From Tubulanus polymorphus (lineage: Eukaryota > Animalia > Nemertea): a stretch of DNA of 64,000 nt. The stretch spans positions 1,736,001 through 1,800,000 of the forward strand of contig NC_134036.1 of NCBI RefSeq assembly GCF_964204645.1, read 5' to 3'. Shown in pieces: positions 50,801 to 62,800 of the stretch. The notes beneath the pieces were generated by a model, which did no database searches, was not told the DNA's origin, and was given only the letters and a program-made list of their open reading frames with translations. Numbering within the stretch: position 1 is the first letter of the stretch; every line of letters starts with the position of its first letter. Made by a program: the position numbers and the translations under genes.

Positions 50801-53800
50801 ATTGCGGTTTACAAAAGTGACCATTGGCCGATTAGATGAAACAAGGTATCATTTTATTTTAGCCTAATCACCGCCTTTCTTTAATAACAGACTCGGAAAT
50901 TTTAGAAATTAACTGATTACAGATTGTATTGCATTTTACTACAAAAGTGACCAGGCCAGTGAGAAACAAGGTATCATTTTGTTGTGTCAATGTGTAAGAT
51001 TTCAAAGACTTCCTCGAATCCCAATAAAATTGAAGAAACCACCCAAGCAAAAAACACACAAAGGAAGTGGAATACTAATGATTTTTTTCGCACATTAAGA
51101 TCACACGCAGCGATCAACTCCTCGACGTTAGAGAGAACTAACGTAACTAGACAATGGAATTGCCGGTTACACCCAAACAAGGTTAAACGATCTGCTAGGG
51201 CGCGGTTGGTTTCTCCATTTGTGTTATGATTTGTGAAGGTATTTTGTGCCGAGGCGTGGAAACGATGTCGGCTATGACGGCACGATATCAGTATATATAT
51301 TTATAAACATTGTTGATTCAATTCGGTAACGAAAAAATTGACTATGAATTTATTTAGAAGGAACGCCTTGTTGCAAAGTTCACAGAATTGGAAACCTTTT
51401 TTCCGATTTTTATCTAGTTTTGTTAGTTCTAAAAGAATCAGTTGCCATCGAATATTACGTAAATGTATATCGAATATTACGTTATTAAGTAAACGGGAGG
51501 TTCGAATAGGGATTTCGATCAAGCGGCTTCTAAGTTCGTGAAAGAATGATTTTACAGGTCTTGAGATGAGTTTTTCTAAACTTTGCCGCAATTTCGTAAA
51601 ATGTCACGGACACAATTTGATATTTCGTTCAGTTCAACCTCAATTTTGATCTTTCTTCGGAAAATTTTTCAGAATACTTTTTAAGGATGGAATTCTTAAG
51701 GGACCTCGACATTGGATCCTACTTACTGGGTGGATCGCTATTGTCCTAATTAATTGTGAAATCTATCTTCAAGACAAACTTTGTTTCCGATATTTCAATA
51801 TTCTTATCTTCGGTATTCGCGTTGTTTTCCTAATACGATACACCATGACGACGACGACACTGCGTCGATCCGACCCGCGGGATTGTTACCGTCGTCGCCA
51901 ATAACGACCGTAAAATTCGCGTCGTCAAGGGAGACGAGATGAGCTGTTTAAACCTGGATGTAAAAGTCATTATCGCCGTAAGCGGTAAAGACGACTTTTA
52001 CGGAAAGCAGTCTTCTAATCCACTGATTACCTAAAACGTATAAACACCACGTCGCGGCACACGGTGTCCGCCCGAATACGGCCCCTAGGGGGCGCAGCGG
52101 GCGCGATGGGGCGGACTGATAATCCCCTCGGGGTCGCTGTAAGTACGGAGGCTATACTCGAGGGGCGTTTGGAAAAGTAGATAATGCTCGTTCGGTCGTG
52201 TAGACTGGCGCGCAGCTGAAAATGACTTCTCGCGAGTAATGCGCGGAAAAACTACACGTTTGTATTAGGAAATTAAGTAATTGGTTTTTGAAACGGAAAG
52301 CAGAGCCATCTGGTGTCGACGAAAGGAAATTAACAGCTACGGTTGGACAGACAAGATACACTCTCATGTTTTACCATGTCCTTTACTGTCTTCATGATCA
52401 AGCTTGGCAGCCCGGCTAAAAAAAACCTATATACCTTGTTTATCATTTCTGTTGGGCTCGTTTAAAAGTTGACTTCTCATTTCTGCTGAGTTTAAAAGTT
52501 GACCCGACCGGCTGCCTTTCTAACCTGTACATTACTTTTTTTTTAAATCATGATCAAGCTAACAATAACAACCCGACAGTTATAGAAATGAACTGATTAT
52601 AAATTCTATTGCTGATAACAAAAATGACCTCGCCAATACGTAGAAACAAGGTATCCATTCTTGTATAGCCTAATAAGCACGCAATAATGTATGTACAACC
52701 AATACCGTAATTAGCTACGCCTTAAGGCAGCCATCTTGAAAATGTTCACTCAAACGTGACCGAAATGTCTGGTGATTAGGCATGACATATGGAACTTGAG
52801 TAATACCTACAGGTCACCGACGACATCTTTGAAGGTCAGCGTTTACTTTACAAGTTTTCCTCTCGTTAATATGTATCAGATGACACGGTAAACAATTTTC
52901 TATGGCAGCCATCTTGAAATTCGACAAATTAGATTTGAACGTATTGATAATATATCATAACGATGTTGAACACTTTGATTTGATATTTATGTGATAACAA
53001 AACACAATTCGATATAATGTCACATGACAGCCATCTTGGGAAATGTCGACCGATATAATACGGCAGCAACCCTAAAACTTCTACGAATTAGATTTCACAC
53101 GAATAATACGTCACGTGATGGCAGCCATCTTGGAAATGTCGTCAGCAAATCTGTGTTTCGTAAAGGTCAAACGTTGAAACGATGCAGCGATTATATCATC
53201 GATATCAATTTCGAAAACAGACGAAACAAAAATGAATAATGTCATATGGCGGCCATCTTTATTATTATTATGACGACGCGAACGCGGCCATTTATCAATC
53301 AGTATTCGGAGTCTATCAGTCTAATAGCGCAACAGAGTAAAAACTATAAAGCGGGAATAAAGATTGATAACGACAATGAGAAAGAAGTTAATGGCATCGA
53401 AAGCGTTCCGTGTCACGAGAAGTTATCAGAATTATGATGGAACAGTGTGTGTGTGCTCAAACAGCACCGGGTAAAGATCATTCACTAACCAACAGAACCT
53501 GACTTAATTAATAAACCTACTGATTAGGAGCTGCTGTATCAGTCGGTTGGTGGTGTAGAGATCTATCCGTCATTATTAACTCTCATAACACCGAAAACGT
53601 GTTCGGCACCGAAACCAAAACGATATCGATACAAAGTTCACATCGGTCGTTTTACATCGTGGGATGCCACGAAAAAAATGGCCGCCTCCATAAATCCCTC
53701 TATGACCATAATCATAGTTATATAAACCCTTCTAAAACGATGGCTACCTCCATAAAACCCCCTATGATATCATGGTTATATAAACCCTTCTAAAACGATG

Positions 53801-56800
53801 GCTACCTCCATAAAACCCCCTATGATATCATGGTTATATAAACCCTTCTAAAACGATGACTGCCTCCATAAAACCCCCTATGATATCATGGTTATATAAA
53901 CCCTTCTAAAACGATGGCTACCTCCATAAAACCCCCTATGATATCATGGTTATATAAACCCTTCTAAAACGATGGCTACCTCCATAAAACCCCCTATGAT
54001 ATCATGGTTATATAAACCCTTCTAAAACGATGGCTACCTCCATAAAACCCCCTATGATATCATGGTTATATAAACCCTTCTAAAACGATGGCTACCTCCA
54101 TAAAACCCCCTATGATATCATGGTTATATAAACCCTTCTAAAACGATGGCTACCTCCATAAAACCCCCTATGATATCATGGTTATATAAACCCTTCTAAA
54201 ACGATGGCTACCTCCATAAAACCCCCTATGATATCATGGTAATATAAACCCTTCTTAAACGATGACTGCCTCCATAAAACCCCTACGATATCATGGTTAT
54301 ATAAACCCTTCTACAACGATGGCTACCTCCATAAAAACCCCTATGATATCATGGTTATATAAACTCTTCTAAAACGATGGCTACCTCCATAAAACCCCCT
54401 ATGATATCATGGTTATATAAACTCTTCTAAAACGATGGCTACCTCCATAAATCCCCCTATGATATCATTATGGTACTACAGCCCCTCTAAAAAGATGGCT
54501 ACCTCCATAAAACCCTCTATGATATCATGGTTATATAAACTCTTCTAAAACGATGGCTACCTCCATAAATCCCCCTATGATATCATTATGGTACTACAGG
54601 CCCCTCTAAAAGGATGACTGCCTCCATAAATCCCCCTATGATATAATCATGGAACTACAGGCCCCTCTAAAAAGATGGCTGCCTGCATAAATCCCCCTAT
54701 GATCTGATCTGATAGTTTAAGTTCTGACACTAAATGAAATATATCATACTATCCACAACCACAGATTGTAATTTAGATTTAACTCAAGATCTTGAATCAG
54801 TCCATGATTATCGTTGGAACCGGATGCTGTTCCAATCACCACTGCTCACGTGATCCTTTTATCATTCTGGCTGAATGTTCGGCGCGAGGAAATTGTAAAG
54901 GCCTACGCGTTCTCGTTCAAAGAGTCGGCTTTCTGGAAATCGAGTCCAGAAATAACCTTTCGGAACCGATTATTAATCTAAAATTCTCCGTCCTTTCTAT
55001 TTTCTATTTACGTTTTTCTTAAGGACTCGAAAACAGCGGAAAGCTTTCAATTTGCAACGGTATCGATCGGTAATCTGCGCAGCAACAACAACATACGAGC
55101 GCTTTTCAAAAAGGAACCACCGCTGGGTCGTTTTCTTTTTAGGTCCCACCGTCGATCCGGTGATTAGTCATAACCGAGGACGACGACGACCTTCACCTTC
55201 GCGTCGCGTATGAATACCGACCGAGTCCGCTCCATCGATTTAACACAACCGCGTAATTATAACGTCCGCCGAATCCGCATACCCGGAAAATCGATTTGTA
55301 GGTTCGTTGACGAGATATTAATTAATACTCCTGCGTTAATCATACTCCGCGAGTTAATTAATCGTGCCGTATAGGTAAAGACTAGAGACAGAACCGGATT
55401 TTACTTACAGCAGCGGCGGGAGGAGTACAATGGCAGACGATCAAAGCAGACGCTGATGATGATGTGACTAATCGATTTTTGTTTAAAAAGTTTTCGTCAA
55501 CCGATTCTGTTGTTGTCTGGTTGCGTAGTTCGTGCGTTACCGTCGCTGGGGTCAACGAGTGCGTGGCGACTGGGAGAAGATTAATTTGTTGACGAAAGAT
55601 GTACCAAAAATAAGCAGTACAACGCAGGCACTAGTGGTGGCCCAAAAAATTGCCTGGGCGTACTGAAGTCCTAGACGGAGGATAAAGAGAGGAGGGAGAC
55701 GGGAGGGAAACGAATACATTTTGACAAAACATGCTCAAAAAAGTATAGCGGAAATAAGATGGGATTTCGAATTCTAATGGAAGACCTAGATGAAGAGAAA
55801 AGGGAGGAGGAGGAGGGAACGAATCTTGCTGACATAAAATGTACCGCTGAAGTACAATAAGAGTAGAGTAGGCTATAATGGCCTTGTCATACTTCGCATG
55901 AAACAAAGTGAGCGATAAATATAATGAGCCTTGTTAACAAGAAAGCACAAAGATTTTGAATAAAAAAATAAGACAAAGACATATACACATATAGACTGAA
56001 CGCGAGACGAAGACCCTGGGGTAAACATGATAACCGCATTCACATGTACACCCGAACGGCAAAATCTACGTCTCGGTTTAATTAGGTTGGAATTAGGTTA
56101 ATTAGGTCGAATCGACTGTAATCACGTCTTGGAAAACTATTTAAAGGGTCATACCTAAGTAGCATACTTCATCCGAAAAAAAATCAGTCCAGATTGCTCA
56201 GTAAAAAGCTTTAGCCTGATCTTAGCCCAAGTCGTGTCGGTTTAATTGGCGATTCTGGACCCAAAATTAATGTGGTTCCAGGGTTTGATTGCCATCCTCC
56301 GAAGCTCAGGTGGCCAACACAAGCCCTAGCCGCAGACCCTTCATTGGTCTATCACATTGCACGAGATTTCTTGGATGGACAGGTTGCCGCTTAGCGGTCA
56401 CTAGTCTATGTATTGAGCCAATCAGTTGCGATGTTTTTCACCGCTAGGTTTGTCAACACCACGCATCGAAACCTGGCAAGCGACGGTGGTCTGATAGGGA
56501 TATGGATCCATCACATTGAGTCTATAACAGTATTTTAGCGATCCCGGTTTTAGAAAGTGAAAATCAATACTTATAGCTCCAATGAGGCAGTTCGTACAGT
56601 CAGTTTAGGGTATCATTGGTAGCTCGAGTAACCACGTAATCAGAAACCACGACTGTGCGCATAACAGCTGTCGTCGTAAAAAATCACCAGGTGGCGACAC
56701 CGGACACTTTGTATATCCGCTTTCATCGCATTGAATTATATAGGCCTATAGCGATTCAAATGCTTAGGTGAAAACTAGATATGAACAGAATAAATTAGGA

Positions 56801-59800
56801 AATGTGGAACCCATCAAAATAGAAGGGCTTAAGCTGAGAAAAAAAGACTGCGGAAGTGACTGCGGAAGTGCGAGACTTAAGATATCGCCTTGCGGGACTC
56901 CATTAACTGCATTTGCGGCATTTCTGCAGAAATTCGGCAGAAGATTTATTGCCCACTAAGGCCTACATTGATACTGGGAGCTACTGAATTTTTTTCAACT
57001 TAGGGTAGCTTCCTCTACATGTCATAGGAAAGTAAAATGAGTGATTTAAGATAACACCTTGTGGTACACCAGCTGTAACTTGCGGTTAACTAGCTAGCAC
57101 AGTCTTTAATTCACCTGGGGCTAACAACGTTGAGGGTTTAAAGTCACCACCTTGTGGTACACCAGCTGTAACTTGCGGTTAACTAGCTAGCGCAGTCTTT
57201 AATTCACCTGGGGCTAACAACGTTGAGGGTTTAAAGTCACCACCTTGTGGTACACCACCCGTAACTTGCAGTCGACTAGCTAGTATAGTGAATGCTTCAC
57301 CCGGGGCTAACAACGTTGAGGGTTTAAGGATACCACCTTGTGGTACACCTGTTTTACAATATTCGCTCGTCAATTCAGCCAAATTTATTCCACTAGATGA
57401 GCACTATTTGAAGTGATTTCTATGATTCACCGGCTTTACGGCTGGTCACTTGGCTTTTAAACAAACAAACAAACAAACAAATCGAAATTGAAAATGTGTC
57501 CGCATTTTACTGAATATATTTGTTTTTCGGACTAGAACCGCTTAAACCAGAGATTGTGTCAAGTTGTGAACTAGGACGTCGAAACACTGAACACCTCGTT
57601 GAGTCACCACCACCACCACCACTGATATTTGACTAGGGGGTTACCACACGCAGACGACCTTTCCTTTTATCGTCCATAGTGTAAATATTTATTTCGCGTC
57701 AATAAAGTTTTATTGTATTGTACTTTCGTGTAATTGAATTTTGTTAACAACCGACTGAAAGGTCGTAAACCGAGTCGACCACACCCACCAGAGAATTGTG
57801 CATGTGACACAAATGAATATGGTATTTTAGCATTTATTCACACATCACAAGTCTACAGTTTTCGATTCTGTGATTTCTGGTTTTGACTTAGGACCACCTA
57901 GAGACCAATGTTGCATCTGGGGTGATGACCAGCAGAGCAGCCCATAAAATCCAGGATCCACCCCTGGACAAAGTGTTTTAATAATTGTTACATACATGTA
58001 ATCCTCGCCTGGGCTCAGTTTTATAGACTGGTATTACCTTTAACCCGGGGGCTAACTCAATTCATTATCAATTGAGTTAGCCCCCGGTTTAAAGGTAATA
58101 CCAGTCTATAAAACTGGGCCCCGCATATGAAGCATATAAACAAAACGGTTTGGGGCCTGACGATGATTTGCATATCCTTCGGTCAAATATGTCGCCGATT
58201 TACATAAACTTTCATTAAAACGACAAATAAAGATGTTACCCTCTTTCATGAGCACCGAGAACAAATATGGCGACCACACATAACAAAATCGATTCCATAC
58301 GAAGATTTCAAAATCAGTGATTTATAAAACATTAGACAAATACAAGAGACACAAATGTGACGGATGAAGGTTTATTGCCAGCTGTCGGTTTACTGATGAC
58401 AGCTGATCTATAAGGCTCTCACGTTTCGGCCAATGTCATCTGAAGTTCGTATTAAGTGTTTACGAATTTCTCTCAGCCATTTGCGGCCATTGTTGTCCGT
58501 CAAGTCGAGCGAGAACCAACACGCGTTAAATGTTCGCTTTTGATTTTCACATTCATGCGACATGTTTCTGAGTCACAGGTGGTTCGTTCTCAAGTTAATT
58601 AGAGCTTAAATTTACCTCCGCACGAGTTGGCACTGAATGAATTATATTTGAAAAGTAATTTTGAGGGGATTTCTCAACTACATGAGTAATGGACAATGGT
58701 TTCTATAAGGGAAGATGTTTTTGTAACCACCGTCAGGGAAGAAGACCTCCCCGCTTTTGCAAAGGATCTGTATGCCAACGGTAGTTTTAATGCCATCTTA
58801 GTTCCATAATCTTACAACTTAAAACCCATTCCTACGACCTGAGACCACAATTGAAATTCTTTAGTCACGCCTGATGGATCTTGAATAAATCGGGCTCAAT
58901 GTACAGGGTAGACTTTTAAGCTTAGCAAAAATGAGAAACAAGGCATCTTTCTTTTAGCCTAATCCTACAAATGTAAGACCACTTTTACGATTTAAAACCC
59001 CTATCAGACTTCTATAGTCTTGAATGAGGGATCCTTAATTAGTTGGGCATTGGAGTCAAATGATTAATCCAAGGTTGGGCTCACAGTGTGACCTTTGTTT
59101 TGATTGAACTTTCTTTATCTTTATTTCAATGTCTTTCGTCTTATCAACCTCAACTCGCGTCATTCACTGGTCAACGTGATAATGATGTCTGGGGTCAAAT
59201 ATATACAATACATGATAAGATAGAATTGCAATTCTGAATCAAATAATGTTGTATGGTATAGGTTTTATGCCTCAAATATTATGGTTATCCTGGATTAATA
59301 AACGAAGGAAAGAGAGCTCGCATGGATGATAAACTTTCCTGGTCGCTGACCATGTCCAACTACCCAAAGCCAGACCAGTTGTATACCACATGCATAAAGC
59401 TCATAAAGTCTAATGACATCTTGGTCAAATAATAATAATCATATAACATGTCTTTATCGAACTCCTTTTAAACAAACTAATGTTTCTTTTTCATTAAAAA
59501 AATATCTATCGGGGAAAGGACATTAGGCAAGCCATGAGGATGCACTGCATATTGCCTCATTTTTGATTAAGTATATCGTTTAATAGCCAACCAAGCAACT
59601 GTGGCCTAGAATATGCATATCTTGGTCCAATAGCCTTTTTCTAAAACAAGTCGGGACTGTAGGAACTGGATCGTGGACTACGCAGACAAATCCGATCCCG
59701 GCGAACCACCTAGGAATCAATCTTGGTCCAATAGCCTATCTACAGTTAAGTCAGAACGGCAGTACCTGGATCCTGGACTGCGTATACAAATCTGATCCGT

Positions 59801-62800
59801 AGAAATCAGCTGCAATGTGTTTTTAATTTGAAACCGAACACAGATACGTGTTATCGACCAGTCAGAGGAAAAACAACCTATTCTATATTCAATTGTTCTA
59901 AGCTAATTATTATATTACGAGAACAATATAATGTTTGTACGTACTCTATGTATGTGTGTGTGTTGGCAACGAATTCAGGTTAATTAAACCTAATTCAAAA
60001 CCCACAAAAATATCTATATTTATCATACGCGCTTGCGCACGAGAGAATGTTATCTATATGAGTACGATTTTGATGAAACGGTTGTTGCAAGATGGAAGAT
60101 TTCTCGAAACGTCGTGTTTTGAGAAAAGCATAATACAGCAAAACCTTATCAATAATGCATCGATATCTCTTCATCGATAATTTCAGTTTTTCAAGTAATT
60201 TAACAAATTAGAGAATTGAAACGAATCTTTTTTTTACAAATGTCAATGGGATTGAATGACTATTTTGCAATTGATTTGTTACATTACTTTGCACAGTAAT
60301 TTTCCAGAAACAAAATCGACACGTTATTGATAAGGTCTAACAATTTTGCTGTCATGCTTTTTTCTCAGATGATTTGATGTAAGAATTCAAAACCTTCAAT
60401 TTTTCAAATTTTTTACTAAATGGCTACGACTTCTTTGTTACGTTACTTAAGACAAAAAGTTTCCAGATATTAAGTTGTGAGAAAGGTCGATGGATCTATT
60501 TCCAAGCTCCATTTTTCGATGCTGATGTAGGTGCCTTTTCCAAATGACTTCACCGTGGTCAAGCACAGAAATATAGATTTATATGACAGACCCTCGATAT
60601 TTGTAAATTCCCTGACTACATCTTATTGTCAGGTATCTAGCACCGGTTTCTAAACAGACTAATCATCTCGTCACGCACTGGTCTCAAATCGAAACAGGTT
60701 ATTGGGTTCGAATACCGTTATGGCGGCGGGGCAACCACTATCGATCATTACACGCAAACGTGAAAAAAAAACGTAATACAAAGACCACATTAAATCATTA
60801 CCATATTGGGACCATAATGGACCTTAATAATACTATCGTTATTATGGTATTATATCGCACGAATAATAGTCGCGTGGAAATACTAACACGCAAACTATGA
60901 GTAAAAATATTACAGAGTCCTAATCTGAGTGGCTTGCGATCGCAGTACGGTTGACCGGTTCACCACGAAGCTTTCGGCTCACGGTCGACGACAGCATAAT
61001 CAACCCGTGAAATGGAGCTCAACGGGGGAGCGCCCTACGTCACTAGCCTCTAATAACCCGTTTACAAATAGAAATCGCCATGGTGACCTCGATATATTGA
61101 TTGATATTGTTTGGGCGCAAAAAAATCGATACCGTTCCCTCTATCTCTCCATTGGACGCCAGGCACTGTATCGGAAATATTTCGGTTGACTATTAGTAAT
61201 ATTATCAGGAAATGAAAATAGAAAATGTTGTAATTGCCCAAGACAAAGACATTCTTCAATTTTAAATAACTCTCAAATCATGTGACTTCAGTGGTATTAC
61301 ATCATGAGACTGGTCTTATTGATAAGTGTTGGCTATAGAAGCAAATCTATGCCTTAACTGCACCAATCTTACAAATTGAAGCCTATGGGGAAAGTGATTT
61401 GAAGACGTTGTCCAAGAGGACGTTCTTGGGCACTCGAGTCGTGAGTGTTATTAACGAGACTTGTCTTATTGATGAGTATCGGCCACAGTAGCTAAGCCTT
61501 GACTGTTATAGCAATCTAGCAAATCGGAGCCTACGATAAAACCAGCAAGACCCGGTTTCACTAAAAAAAACGATAGACCTAAATCCATCACCTTAAATTT
61601 TTGAAATAAACGTGAAACTAGGTTTGTTCCTAGTTCGTCTCGTTGACCGTGAACCGTTTGCAAACAGGTACAGTCAATACACAAAGCGAACATCATCAAC
61701 CCGATCAGAAACCATGCGCGTATCGCGTTGCTAAGCACCGTCACCTTGACGACGACGACGAACCGGGATGCTTTTTATTGAGTCGATTCTTTTCTTCTGT
61801 CCCGTTTTTATCGGCTGCTAATTCATAAATTCGCTGTGAACAGCAGCAGCAGCAGCATCACGTCCGTATTTTCAATACCTCGTGTTCGCGTTCAGGTTTT
61901 TTAAATTTTCCAATAAAGGTCGACTCGGTACAACGAGAAGATTATGATTATCATTTTTCAAGCTAACGAAACGCGAATGTTTCATCACAACAACAGCTAG
62001 GACCGTTACTATATGTTGGGATAATACGAAACATTTGCAGCTGATGATGAAGAGACAACAAAAGTTTTTACAAAAATAAAATTGGACGAAATCTGTATCC
62101 ATTCATTTTTTAAGCATTTGAAAATGCTTTTGATCCAGTGGAGGGATCGATCAAATAGGAAAAATAACTCAAAAAGTTAACTCGCTTTAAAGGTTCTTCT
62201 TCGAATATTTCCATAAATACACGTTACGAATAGAATACGAATGTTATCGGTAGAAACTTCTGAAGAAAGCGTCTCGAGTAAAAAAAATTCCACGATCTTC
62301 AAAAAGCTTTCGAAACTTTGGGCGCATACAACCTTTAGGGAAGCAAGCAACATTGACATTTCTATAGTCTTCTTATTACGAGACTTGAGACTTTTTAGGC
62401 CACAAAGAATTCAAACTTGAATTCAATGACATTCGATAAGGGTAGATATGTAGGTCTTTTTATAACAAGACTCGAGACTTTTTGGCCACAAATAACTTCA
62501 ATTCAATGACATTCGATAAGCGTAGTCACTTCTTCTGAGACCACCTTTGTCGCCGAGCACATTCAGCCAAGCACAAGACGCTGCTTGCCTGAATTCCTAT
62601 TCGAACCATCGGAAAATATTGTCGTCGATATTTTGAATTTCTCCGCACGGACGCAGACGACGACGCAGAGAGCTATCTGTTCAATTAATATCAATACACC
62701 GATCAGGCGATCACCTGGGAGACGATGACGCGTTACCGTGGCGACCGAGAAACAAAGGTAACCGGTAGACGGATGGACGGGCAGCGTTCTCCGTTCAGCG

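Noticed and set aside
55400-55470. Possible alternative first exon ending at GCT|GTAAGT (55408)
   Set aside because: Isolated donor with no in-frame ATG, acceptor or promoter evidence that I could see.
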